Notes: generated by a model from the sequence alone, not told the origin. Positions 40,681 to 50,225 are shown, numbered from the stretch's first letter. The stretch: DNA of 64,000 nucleotides from Truepera sp. (GCA_965218435.1 CBDCKW010000009.1:2112001-2176000), one strand, 5' to 3'. Translations and numbers: made by a program.

Positions 40681-41651
40681 GCTGCTGCCTCAACTTTCTG
40701 GGGTTGAAGGGGCGTATATTTGCTAGCCAAGTGAGGCTGAAAATGGTTTTTGAAATGAGGACTAAAATCTCTACTCGTGGTTGATGCCCAACTCAGCATC
40801 GCGCGGCTGTTGAGCTTATCCATGCTAAAGAGGCCATTTGGGACGACAGAATCAAGCCGATGAACCTTCTCTTTACCTAATAGATGAACTGCTTGGGTGT
40901 TTGCGCTGAAGCTCTGAGCTTTCATAATCACATCAACAGCTGCTGCGGCCCAGACTAGCCGTCCGCCATTATCAAGCCGTTGGGGACGAATTACGGTGGG
41001 CCGAGTTGTCCCAATACTTAGAACACGGATGTCCTGCAGTGGCACACCGAACATACTTACAGCTTCAGTGATCGCAACAATAACAGGGTTGTTAGCCCAG
41101 ATGCCACCGTCAATCAAGCGGACTGAATCTACACCGGTGTAAGCCGAAAAAAAGGTCGGTGCGGCACTGGTTGCAAGAGCTACCTGCCACGCGGGTACTT
41201 TCCAGTCTCGGTTTAACCTGTGATGATGAGGCGTTTTGAAGAGGTAAACCTGTTCACTATCGAGATCGTAAGAGGGGATAACGAGTGGCTTTTGGCTATC
41301 ACCGAGTAACTTTTCTCCGAAAACTTCGCGCAAAGCCTGCTCGAGTGCCTGCCTTGGGTACTTGCGCCGAAACCATTGAAAGGGGTTACGCACCTTGCTG
41401 GGATTTCTGAAAATCTTTGGTCCCTTCTCGACATAAAAACTCAGAATGTCCCTTGGGCGTAGCCCCAAACCTAACCCAGTAGCGATAATCCCACCCGTCG
41501 AGGTTCCTGCAATAAGGTCAAAGTGGTCGGTTATATTTGTGCTGAGATCGTCCTCGAGCTTCGTCAAAATAGCGGCAGTGGCAAGTCCTTTGACTCCGCC
41601 CCCATCAAGTGCGAGTATATGAAATGGTTTTTGCCTCTGGGCGTTCGTCAC
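40677..41651 (-). CDS. CBASS patatin-like phospholipase effector (CapV/CapE-like)
   Basis: DGGGVKG, GTSTG, SAAPTFF and DGGIWANNP motifs. GTG start at 41651 after AAAGGAG. Confidence 0.9.
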   Translation of the reverse strand: MTNAQRQKPFHILALDGGGVKGLATAAILTKLEDDLSTNITDHFDLIAGTSTGGIIATGLGLGLRPRDILSFYVEKGPKIFRNPSKVRNPFQWFRRKYPRQALEQALREVFGEKLLGDSQKPLVIPSYDLDSEQVYLFKTPHHHRLNRDWKVPAWQVALATSAAPTFFSAYTGVDSVRLIDGGIWANNPVIVAITEAVSMFGVPLQDIRVLSIGTTRPTVIRPQRLDNGGRLVWAAAAVDVIMKAQSFSANTQAVHLLGKEKVHRLDSVVPNGLFSMDKLNSRAMLSWASTTSRDFSPHFKNHFQPHLASKYTPLQPQKVEAAA

Positions 41652-41809
41652 GGATTCTCCTTTATGCGAGTCAAGAACAGTTACATTCCATATGTAGCGG
41701 CCAAACAACCTATGGATGCCAAATGTAACACTAATTTTTTGAGGTATCAAGTCCTGTGGCAATATGCTTAAAACTTTCTCATGTTGAGGCCGTTCGCAGC
41801 ATACAACGG

Positions 41810-42055
41810 CTATCTCAGCAGCGTTAGAACGCGCTGCTCGAGAAACTCAGCAGGCGTCAACCCTTTATCGTCAACTTCGTTGGCAACTCGCTGATAAAGC
41901 TCCGCCACAAGCTCTTCATATGCCTCGGGATAATCTTGTAAACGCTGTTCGTGTGTTTCGCCAGTTTCGTTCTCGTCTCGCTCACGTTGTTGGCCCACAA
42001 ACCACGCCCAGCCCGCCATCATGTCCAAAAGGGCTTGTGTCTTGTCTTTAATCAT
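41810..42055 (-). CDS. Small acidic hypothetical protein coupled to the HD gene
   Basis: ATG at 42055 overlaps the HD stop; about 81 aa. Confidence 0.6.
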   Translation of the reverse strand: MIKDKTQALLDMMAGWAWFVGQQRERDENETGETHEQRLQDYPEAYEELVAELYQRVANEVDDKGLTPAEFLEQRVLTLLR

Positions 42056-42686
42056 AGGTGGGCGTCGTCCGTTCACCGAACACGGCGGTCACGGCTTCTT
42101 CTAGCTGAATAAAGAGCGGATGCTTTTCCAAGTCATTTCCCCGCACCGCGCGGCTAACGCCTCGGTAATACCAAGCCTGTTCACCAAAGGGCGCGTTAAA
42201 CCGTTCCCAAAGCTCCGGACCGATGATTTTTAGGTCGGCCATCATGCTCTGCACGTTATGAAGCTTGTCGGCAGCGGCGATAAGGCGCACATCCAAAGGG
42301 GCGTTTTGTAGGTGAGTAAGGGTATGTTCTTTACGCTCACGCCACGGTAGGTTTTTGTCGGGCTCGCTTTCGGCCTGGACAAGCTCGGCGACCTCGGCCC
42401 CAAACGTGTCGGCGAGCAAGTCGTAAGTGACAGGTGTGTCTTCGAGAACGTCGTGCAAGATGCCTGCTATGACTAGACTTTCGGGAAGGTTGTGCTCGAG
42501 CAGCAGCATCCCTACACCCACCACGTGCGCGATATAAGGGACGTCGATCCCGATGATTTCGTTATGGCCTTTTAGGTCAAGCATCGTTTCGGTGCCTTTA
42601 CGGAGCTGTTCACGGTGGGCTCTAGCGGCGAAGTTGAGGGCATGATTACGTCTAGAAGAAGTGCTGATCAGAAATCCTCCTTGCAA
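42048..42686 (-). CDS. HD-domain hydrolase (RelA/SpoT hydrolase, Mesh1/SAH-like)
   Basis: AH..Q.RK, PYIAH, LHDVLED and ADKLHN motifs. The start is uncertain because AGGAGG lies inside the ORF before CTG 42671. Confidence 0.88.
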   Translation of the reverse strand: MQGGFLISTSSRRNHALNFAARAHREQLRKGTETMLDLKGHNEIIGIDVPYIAHVVGVGMLLLEHNLPESLVIAGILHDVLEDTPVTYDLLADTFGAEVAELVQAESEPDKNLPWRERKEHTLTHLQNAPLDVRLIAAADKLHNVQSMMADLKIIGPELWERFNAPFGEQAWYYRGVSRAVRGNDLEKHPLFIQLEEAVTAVFGERTTPTYD

Positions 42687-42765
42687 TTATACTGGACTCT
42701 ACGTGTCGCGCAGCTTTAGTGGATTCGTTGAGACAAATCCAACTTTTCAGGCTCATTTTACACAC

Positions 42766-43598
42766 TTAGTCACTTAGGTCTTTCCTTCGTTGCCGATTCG
42801 CTTTTTGCCTACACGCGTTGCCACAGTACTGTGCGTCAGTGCGGACAGATTGAATGTCTAAAAAACGTTCACAAACGCTGCAACGTTTCCAAGCTTCACC
42901 GGCAGCAAAGCGGTGAAAGACTTGAAGCCAATCGCACCAATGAGCGTCTTTGGAGCATAAGAGGGTTGCAACAACAGCGTTTGCTTGTCGAACAAAAGCT
43001 CAATATGAACTCTGTCGGTAACGTTCGTATTAATTTCTATAAGCAGGTGAACGCGCAAAAGCCAAGCTTCGATACGTGATTGGGGCGGCCTCATATGAAG
43101 GATGCCTCCGATAGTGCCCATCCGCGTTGCGCCTGTAAGCGAGATTTCATACTCATCACGGTCAAGCCAGCGGAACGCTGCTAGCTGTGCCTCTTCCGAA
43201 GACTCGATAAGGTTTTGTATTTGTAACACGCGGCGCACTGCTAGGATTTCTTGCTGCCAAAACAGTATAGATTCGCACTTGCCGATAGCCTCACTGTAGG
43301 CGGTTTCCCCTAGAAGGCCATACGCTTTAACGAAAGCCATAATGCCCACTTCATCTGTTTCTGTCTGGGCAAATATTTCGTACAGATCGGATTGCTTGAG
43401 CGGTTCATATGTTTTTGACCTGTACTGTTCATACGCTTTGTCATAGGTGTCGTCATTCAGGATTGGGTGGGTGAGACAAGATGCGACTATATCCAGATCG
43501 TTTCCGTGTGTGTTGTACGTCGGGTGATATTCAATACTGGCGGCTTCCCATTCGTACCCACCGTCCCAAACTGACCAACTAAACGTCTTCATATTCAT
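42766..43598 (-). pseudogene. Protein with C-terminal CGNR-type zinc finger, frameshifted near 42930
   Basis: The alternate frame reads WLQ...CSVCERF...YCGNACRQKANRQRRK* to 42766. Confidence 0.75.
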
Positions 43599-43722
43599 TG
43601 GCCTTCAGCGTACCCCGAAAGGGTGCGTTACGGCTCGTTACGGTTAGCGGAAAAATGGCACTTTTACGGTTTGTACGATGAACGCACACCTCACGAGAGG
43701 TAAAAACACCTGAAAGGAAGAC

Positions 43723-43929
43723 ATGATGCAAGAAGAAATGACCTCGAGAAACCTTCTCAGCCCAGCCGAGTTCTACAACTGCTTTGGTGGGATGGTCGGC
43801 AAAAGCTCGATCTACGAAGCCCTCAAAGGCAACCGCATTAAGCACATTAAGCTCGGCAGAAAAATTCTCATCCTAGCGAGTGAGGTCGAAGCGTGGCCTC
43901 TGCGTGAAGCCGAACGCGGGGACGCGTGA
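43723..43929 (+). CDS. Excisionase-like HTH_17 protein
   Basis: GKSSIYEALKGNRIKHIKLGRKILI. Confidence 0.85.
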   Translation: MMQEEMTSRNLLSPAEFYNCFGGMVGKSSIYEALKGNRIKHIKLGRKILILASEVEAWPLREAERGDA

Positions 43930-44005
43930 ACGTCTCTACCACACACTTTCTGACTCTAGGCGTTGGTCACTTTCACACTTTTCGCGCCACTAAGGAACTG
44001 CGTTA

Positions 44006-44863
44006 ATGGCATCAGGCCGTATGTTGCGTGCGTGTATCTCCGAGTCTGACCAGGTAGCAAACCTAGCAGACGACACGACCCGCCTTATTTTTCTGCTTGT
44101 ACTTGCCCACGCCGACGTAGAGGGGCGTTACTCAGCAAACCCGCTCATCGTCAAGGGCAAGGTCTTACCACTCCTCGAGCTGAGCATAGATAAAATTATG
44201 GACGCCCTTTTGAACCTTGACGATAATGAGCTTATCTACCTTTACGAAGCCGATAGCAAACCTTACCTCGCCTTTCCGGGTTGGACACGCCACCAAAAGG
44301 TGCGCAAAGACCGTGAGTCACCCAAATACCCACCGCCCTCAGAAGTGTTTCCCAAAACCTACGCCGAGCATTCACCGGCTCACGCTCAAATCACCGCCCG
44401 GAGGTGGCCGGGCGTTCTCCCGGATGACGACGGCGTTAAGGTAAGTTCAAATCAAGGTCAAAGTCAAACTCAAGCTAAAGAAAAAAACGAAGGTGCGGAT
44501 ACCCCTGTCGGCTCCCACCGATCTGCGTCCACGGTAGAAGAGTTGTTTGAAATTTACAATCAACACAGAGGCAAACTCCCGGAGGCGGTAAAGCTCAACT
44601 CAAAGCGCATAGACCGTCTCACTGACTTAGCAAAAGAACACGGAGCCGACGAAGCTGCGAAGTTGCTGGCGGACGCAACTCAGTGCGTGGCGCAAGACGC
44701 ATTTTGGCTCGAGCGCGGTTACGGCCTCGATAACTTGCTTGCAGAACTTGGGCGGGTGCTCGAGAAGGCTGAGAAGTTCCGCTCGGGTGTTCGACCGTCG
44801 CGCGGCGGGAAGGCTGAGCACAATCCAGAAAAATCAGCTCAGTATCAGGAGATGGGTTTATGA
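44006..44863 (+). CDS. Phage-type replication initiator
   Basis: N-terminal RML...ADVEGR...W.RHQK and C-terminal FEIYNQH...R...L...D.LL; lies upstream of a DnaC-like gene. Confidence 0.7.
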   Translation: MASGRMLRACISESDQVANLADDTTRLIFLLVLAHADVEGRYSANPLIVKGKVLPLLELSIDKIMDALLNLDDNELIYLYEADSKPYLAFPGWTRHQKVRKDRESPKYPPPSEVFPKTYAEHSPAHAQITARRWPGVLPDDDGVKVSSNQGQSQTQAKEKNEGADTPVGSHRSASTVEELFEIYNQHRGKLPEAVKLNSKRIDRLTDLAKEHGADEAAKLLADATQCVAQDAFWLERGYGLDNLLAELGRVLEKAEKFRSGVRPSRGGKAEHNPEKSAQYQEMGL

Positions 44864-45678
44864 GTCACCTCGAGCTGCGTCGGCTCGGCGCACTGCTTCG
44901 GCCAGGTCATCTTGTCACCACAAAAGATGGACAAGAGTACGAAGTCATACACGAAACGCATCACGACCACGTAATGTGTTTGAAGCAAGATAGCGACTTA
45001 GATTCAGTGACTTGCTGTAAGGTTCCTATAAGCGAACTTTTATTAGGAGAAGATCAAGTAACACCGGCTGCTCGAGTGCGCGTAGCCGAGCAGGGAGAAA
45101 CTAGACGCCGAGAGTTTCTACATAGTCTGACTTATAGACTGCAGGGGTACACGTTTACGAATCTTGAGGTCTATGAAGACAACCGTCAGGCGGTTGAGCT
45201 GTGTAAGAGCTTAGCTTACGGAACCAACTTATTTATCTACGGCGATTCAGGCAACGGTAAGACGATGTTAGCAGTTGCCACCGCGTATGACCTCGCCGCT
45301 TACTACTCGGTAGCGGTATGGAGCGTCGTCGAATGGTTTGAGATGATCCGGACTACGTTCAATTTCCAAAATCAAACTAAGCGACCTGATCTGAAAGGCC
45401 CCGAAGTATTGGTGCTCGACGACATCGGCAAATCAAAGGCGTCTGACTTCGCGTACGAACAACTTTACAACGTAGTGAATTACCGATGGGAGCAGGGCAA
45501 AACCACGATCTTCACCTCAAACCATAGTGCGCAAACCGCTGCTCAAAAGGTATCGCCCGACATAGACAACGCAAATGCGCTGCTGAGCCGTATGGCGTCG
45601 GGCGATGTAGTTAAGGTGACTGGTAGAGATCAGCGCGTGTTACAAGGAAGAATAGGTGCCGCGGCACAAGGCGACTAA
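44860..45678 (+). CDS. DnaC/IstB-like AAA+ helicase loader
   Basis: GDSGNGKT, VLDDIG, FTSN, SR and G.D.R motifs. Confidence 0.88.
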   Translation: MSHLELRRLGALLRPGHLVTTKDGQEYEVIHETHHDHVMCLKQDSDLDSVTCCKVPISELLLGEDQVTPAARVRVAEQGETRRREFLHSLTYRLQGYTFTNLEVYEDNRQAVELCKSLAYGTNLFIYGDSGNGKTMLAVATAYDLAAYYSVAVWSVVEWFEMIRTTFNFQNQTKRPDLKGPEVLVLDDIGKSKASDFAYEQLYNVVNYRWEQGKTTIFTSNHSAQTAAQKVSPDIDNANALLSRMASGDVVKVTGRDQRVLQGRIGAAAQGD

Positions 45679-45748
45679 TCTCTTGCCATTACTACCACGC
45701 ACGTGTAATAATTGTGTGTGAACAAAAGCCGATGCGGTACGCTCTGCT

Positions 45749-45994
45749 ATGATTCGCTGGAAACTCAAAACTGTCTTAAAAGAGTACAACCTCACTCCTT
45801 ACCGGCTTGCAAAGGCTACAAACGGCAAGCTCTCGCTCAACGCTACATACAACGCCGTGGCTGATGGCCTCACTGGTGTCAAATTCGAGTCCTTAAGCAT
45901 TATCATAAGTGCGCTACGGGTGCTGACCGGAAGACAAATTGGTGTTGAGGACCTTTTCGAGTTTGTGGAAGATGGGCCTAAGCAGAAAGCGTAG
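45749..45994 (+). CDS. XRE/Cro-type HTH regulator
   Basis: RWKLK..L......Y.LA...DLFEF pattern; leaderless-type start. Confidence 0.8.
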   Translation: MIRWKLKTVLKEYNLTPYRLAKATNGKLSLNATYNAVADGLTGVKFESLSIIISALRVLTGRQIGVEDLFEFVEDGPKQKA

Positions 45995-46059
45995 GTGAAA
46001 TGAACAGCACCTTTTCAAGGTGATCGTTCTGTAAACTTAAACAAAGTCTCGAGTAGCCC

Positions 46060-46239
46060 GGCTTTGCACAAAAAGTCCTCTCCAGCCTCATAAGTTTTCA
46101 CGCCATAAAATCGACGAATAGACTGGAATAAGCTTTGTAGTCACCGACGCAAATTTCAAAGTCCCTCAACAAGCTTCGGTGCAAGTAAATTTTCCAAAAT
46201 GCATCCTTATGACTTTTTGTAGACTTTTTGTGCAAAGCC
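46060..46239. mobile_element. 180-bp MITE with 18-bp TIRs and 9-bp target duplication
   Basis: TIR GGCTTTGCACAAAAAGTC is perfect at both ends. GAGTAGCCC occurs at 46051-46059 and 46240-46248. Confidence 0.88.
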
Positions 46240-46322
46240 GAGTAGCCCCTAGAAACGATGCAAACTTGTAAAGCTTAAAATCAATGTTTTCGAGCCTAGT
46301 AGGGTATAGAGAGGTGTAGATC

Positions 46323-47522
46323 ATGGGAAGACGCGCGAAAGGTGAAGGCAGTATCACTCAACATGCAAAAGGTCATTGGCAAGCTGAGTTTTTATTGGGG
46401 CATGACGAAAACGGCAAACGCAAACGCAAGTACATCACTGGAAGAACTCAAAAAGAAGTGCGCGAAAAACTAGACGCGCTTAAACAGCAACTTCACAGCG
46501 GCACCTACTCGGACACAAAGCTGACACTTAAGCAGTATCTAACCGATTGGCTCGAGGACAAGAGAAGGCAGGTCGAACCGAAGACGTTAGAAGGCTACAC
46601 GCGCACAGCGAAGCACCTTTCTCGACATCTCGGCGGGGTACAACTCTCTAAACTTACCCCGGTGCAGATTCAGCGGGCACTCGCATTAATCTGTGATGAT
46701 TCAGCTGCTGTCGTCGCTAAACGTAAAAATGGGGTGGCCAAAGAGGGTGCTGGGGTAAGAACTGCTAACCAATGTCGTACGAACTTGCATACTGCGCTCG
46801 AGGACGCTGTGCGGATGCAACTGCTAATGCGCAATCCCGTCGCCGCAACCAAGCCATTAAAAGCCGCCTTAGAGGAAGTTACGTTTTGGACGCCACCCCA
46901 GATGAGTGTGTTCATGGATGTTGCGCGCTCGAGCCCGCTTTACGCTTTATTTACTTTAGCCATAGGTTCGGGTTTGAGGCGTGGTGAGCTGTTAGGGCTG
47001 CGGTGGATAGACGTAGAAGCGAATGCCATTAACGTTCGGCAGGCGTTGAAGCTCAAAGACAACAAGATTACCTTCGGCCCGCCGAAGACGAAAAGCAGTG
47101 CTCGGCGTGTACCTGTTTCCCCAGATGTCATAGTCGCTCTGAGAGCGTACAAAGAGCTCCAGGATGCTGTTAAAGCCGAGCTGGGTAGCGGGTACATAGA
47201 CAGAGGCTTAGTATTCACTACAAGTCTCGGCACCCCTATCCACCCGCGCAATCTGGAAAGAACTTGGTACAAACTGCAGGAGCAGGCGAGAGCGCGTTTG
47301 AGCAACCTGCCGCACGGCGGCCTTCATACGCTCAGACACTTTCACGCGTCGCTCGCCATCCGAAACGGTATGGATTCTAAAATGCTGAGTGACCGTTTGG
47401 GACATACCGATGTGAGACTGACACTCAACCGCTACACCCATATTTGGGATGAAATGCGCTCTGCTAGCGCGGTAGACATTTCAAGCCTGCTCACGCCTCA
47501 AACGCCGCTTGCCGTCAACTAA
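46323..47522 (+). CDS. Tyrosine integrase
   Basis: RRAKGEGSI arm-binding N-terminus, GLRRGE, HTLRH, LGH and Y.H motifs; abuts the tRNA 3' end. Confidence 0.95.
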   Translation: MGRRAKGEGSITQHAKGHWQAEFLLGHDENGKRKRKYITGRTQKEVREKLDALKQQLHSGTYSDTKLTLKQYLTDWLEDKRRQVEPKTLEGYTRTAKHLSRHLGGVQLSKLTPVQIQRALALICDDSAAVVAKRKNGVAKEGAGVRTANQCRTNLHTALEDAVRMQLLMRNPVAATKPLKAALEEVTFWTPPQMSVFMDVARSSPLYALFTLAIGSGLRRGELLGLRWIDVEANAINVRQALKLKDNKITFGPPKTKSSARRVPVSPDVIVALRAYKELQDAVKAELGSGYIDRGLVFTTSLGTPIHPRNLERTWYKLQEQARARLSNLPHGGLHTLRHFHASLAIRNGMDSKMLSDRLGHTDVRLTLNRYTHIWDEMRSASAVDISSLLTPQTPLAVN

Positions 47523-47563
47523 AGCTGTAACCTGTAAACAACCTGTAAAAGGGTCCTAATGGA

Positions 47564-47591
47564 AAACGCACTTCTTGAATGAAGTGCGTTT
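47564..47591. terminator. Hairpin between the convergent integrase and tRNA genes
   Basis: AAACGCACTTC-TTGAAT-GAAGTGCGTTT. Confidence 0.7.
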
Positions 47592-47606
47592 CTTGTGTCC
47601 GTGACG

Positions 47607-47682
47607 TGGTGGAGCCTATCAGATTTGAACTGATGACCCCCTGCTTGCAAAGCAGGTGCTCTCCCAGCTGAGCTAAGGCCCC
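47607..47682 (-). tRNA. tRNA-Ala (anticodon TGC)
   Basis: GGGGCCTTAGCTCAGCTGGGAGAGC...TT-TGC-AA...GTTCAAATC...CCACCA, 76 nt, G3:U70. Confidence 0.97.
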
Positions 47683-47818
47683 TAGACAGCAAAAGTAAGG
47701 ATACCGGGTTCTTTATTCCTCGTCAAGAGCCTTGGGTAACTCAGAGCGACTCACGCCTAAGGCAACACGTCGGCTGTTTTGAATAAGAGCACCGTATCCG
47801 GCGGTAGAATAGTGGGAG

Positions 47819-49648
47819 ATGCAAGCTTCTGACCTGCCTGTTCTGCCTACTCAACCCGGATGTTACTTGTTTCACGCGCCTGACGGTGAAGTTATCTATG
47901 TCGGCAAAGCCATCAATCTCCGCAGCCGGGTACGGAGTTACTTTAGCGCCACTGCGCCGCAAAAAGCGCAGCTAACCAGCCAGCGGGCACAGAGGCTCGA
48001 GTTTATCGTCACCAAATCCGAGGTCGAGGCGCTGATTTTAGAATCGAACCTCATCAAACGCTATAAACCGCACTACAACGTCCTCTTAAAAGACGATAAG
48101 AGTTACCCCTTTTTGAAACTCACGAATGAAGCGTTTCCGATGCTCCTCTTTACGCGGCGCATCATCAAAGACGGCGCGACGTACTTTGGGCCGTACCCGA
48201 ACCCCGGTTCGGTCAGAAAGGTACAAGAACTCGTCGGCTCGATCTTTCCGCTCCGGCAAAACAGCGGCGTGCCCATGCAGCCGCGTAAAAAACCGTGTTT
48301 ACGGTTTCATATGGGCCGCTGCCTCGCGCCGTGTATCGGCAACGTCACGGTTGATGAGTACGCCAAGGTGGTGCGGCAGGTCAAGACGTTTCTCGAGGGC
48401 GATGTGGCAGGCACCGCGGCGCAGTTAGAAGAGGAGATGAAGGCGGCGGCGGGCCGTCAGGATTTTGAGTTGGCTACCTTGTACCGTGACCGTTTGGGAG
48501 CCCTGCAACGGCTCACCGGTTACGACTCGGACGTCGCAAGGGCAACGGACGACGACCTCGACTTTTTGGGCGTGGCGCAGGCTGGCAACTTTGCGATGGT
48601 GCAGCTTTTTCAGATGCGGCGCGGGCGCGTGGTCGGGCGGGACAAGCGGTTTTTAACCAACGCGGAAGGCGCGTCAGAGAGCGAGATTCTCGAGCGGTTT
48701 ATGGCCGACTACTACGCGCAGGTGATGCAGGTGCCGCCGCTGATTTTGGTACCGTCCGAACTCGACCAAGCGGTGTGGACGACCTTTTTATCCGAGCGGG
48801 CGGGCAAACGGACCGAACTGCGGGTCCCACAGCGGGGCGACAAGCTCGAGCTGATGGGCATGGCCTCACGCAACGCCACGACGGGGCTCGAGGCTGAACT
48901 CGCGCTCTTAGAAAAACGCGGCGAAGCCCCCGGCGTTCAAGAATTGCAAACATTGGCTGAGCTTGAAACCGCCCCCTACCGGATTGAGGGCTTTGACATC
49001 TCGAACCTCATGGGCACGCATACGACCGCTTCGGTTGTGGTCTTTGAAGGCGGGCGGGCGCGGCGCTCCGAATACCGCAAAATGCGTATTACGGGCCTCA
49101 GCCAACCTGACGATTTTTACTCGATGCACCAGGCGGTGTACCGGCGCTTTACGGGGTCATTGGCCGACAAAATGCCGCTGCCCGACCTGCTCCTGATTGA
49201 CGGGGGCAAAGGGCAGCTGTCGGCGGCGCGCCGAGCGTTAAAAGACGCGGGGCTCGAGCTGCCGATGCTGGGTTTGGCTAAGAAAGAAGAGACCATCATC
49301 CGTGAGGGTGCATCTGAAATCCTCGTGCCGGAAACGCATCCGGCGCTCCGCCTGCTCATCAATATCCGCGACGAAGCGCACCGCACCGCCGTGGGTTACA
49401 ACCGCAAACAACGCGGCGCGGCGATGACCCGGAGTTTACTCGACGATGTGCCGGGGATCGGTCCGGCCCGAAGAGACGCGCTGTTGTCACGGTTCTCGAG
49501 CCTTGACGAACTCCGTGACGCCGAGGTCAAAGACCTCGCCAAGATTCCGGGGATGGGCCGGATCGCAGCGGAGGCGGTTAAAGAATTCCTAAGCGGGCTT
49601 TCTAACGAGCCGGTAATGAATGGGTCTAATGAGCCAGTCTCGACCTGA
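47819..49648 (+). CDS. uvrC: Excinuclease ABC subunit C
   Basis: GIY-YIG (YVGKAINLRSRV), IEGFDIS, DGGKGQ, RDEAHR and HhH motifs. Confidence 0.97.
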   Translation: MQASDLPVLPTQPGCYLFHAPDGEVIYVGKAINLRSRVRSYFSATAPQKAQLTSQRAQRLEFIVTKSEVEALILESNLIKRYKPHYNVLLKDDKSYPFLKLTNEAFPMLLFTRRIIKDGATYFGPYPNPGSVRKVQELVGSIFPLRQNSGVPMQPRKKPCLRFHMGRCLAPCIGNVTVDEYAKVVRQVKTFLEGDVAGTAAQLEEEMKAAAGRQDFELATLYRDRLGALQRLTGYDSDVARATDDDLDFLGVAQAGNFAMVQLFQMRRGRVVGRDKRFLTNAEGASESEILERFMADYYAQVMQVPPLILVPSELDQAVWTTFLSERAGKRTELRVPQRGDKLELMGMASRNATTGLEAELALLEKRGEAPGVQELQTLAELETAPYRIEGFDISNLMGTHTTASVVVFEGGRARRSEYRKMRITGLSQPDDFYSMHQAVYRRFTGSLADKMPLPDLLLIDGGKGQLSAARRALKDAGLELPMLGLAKKEETIIREGASEILVPETHPALRLLINIRDEAHRTAVGYNRKQRGAAMTRSLLDDVPGIGPARRDALLSRFSSLDELRDAEVKDLAKIPGMGRIAAEAVKEFLSGLSNEPVMNGSNEPVST

Positions 49649-50225
49649 CGCGAACGGCCAAAAGTGCCAGCACCGCAAGCCCAAGCAGGGCCGCGACGAC
49701 AACTTCATACGTCCCCAGAATCTCTACCAGTGTGCGCCAGTTTTTCCCTAGCAGCGTCCCGGCGTAGAGCAGCGCAGCGTTCCAAAGTACCGTCCCGAGC
49801 GTGGTGAAAAGTGAAAAACGCACCCATGACATCGGTTTGATGCCAGCGGGCACCGAGATAAGGCTGCGCACCGTTGGAATAACGCGGCTAAAAAACAAAG
49901 CTGCACTTTCAAAGCGGTCGAAAAGTGTGAGCGTCCTGTCTAAGTCGCGCTCAGAAACGAGTATCAAGCGGCCGTAGCGCCTTATGGAATGCCGGACGCG
50001 CTGTTCCCCAACTGCCCTGGCCGCGCCATAAATCCCAACCTGCCCGACCATCGCGCCGAACGTCGCTGCAAGCAAAACGCCCGCAAAACTCAGCTCACCG
50101 CGGGCGACCAAAAATCCGGCGAGCGGCATCACGAGTTCGGGAGCGGCAACAACCATCACTAGCGCGATCCCACCGTAACCGAGGGTGCCCGTCAGGGTCG
50201 TTACCAACATCAAGAAGTTAGTCAA
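49626..50225 (-). CDS. DedA family membrane protein
   Basis: PELVMPLAG and RVIPTVRSLISVPAG motifs. Confidence 0.9.
   Translation of the reverse strand: MTNFLMLVTTLTGTLGYGGIALVMVVAAPELVMPLAGFLVARGELSFAGVLLAATFGAMVGQVGIYGAARAVGEQRVRHSIRRYGRLILVSERDLDRTLTLFDRFESAALFFSRVIPTVRSLISVPAGIKPMSWVRFSLFTTLGTVLWNAALLYAGTLLGKNWRTLVEILGTYEVVVAALLGLAVLALLAVRVRSRLAH

Larger units (their letters stand above)
35508..47606. mobile_element. Integrated element (phage satellite/IME-like) at tRNA-Ala carrying defence cargo; left end lost
   Basis: int, xre, dnaC, rep and xis next to the tRNA; no capsid, tail or tra genes seen; defence cargo. Confidence 0.75.

Noticed and set aside
46166..46357. 63-aa minus-strand ORF over the MITE and integrase start
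   Set aside because: It crosses the MITE boundary and lacks coding features.
43723..47522. Calling the integrated element a complete prophage or ICE
   Set aside because: No terminase, capsid, tail, lysis, relaxase or T4SS genes are visible in the window.
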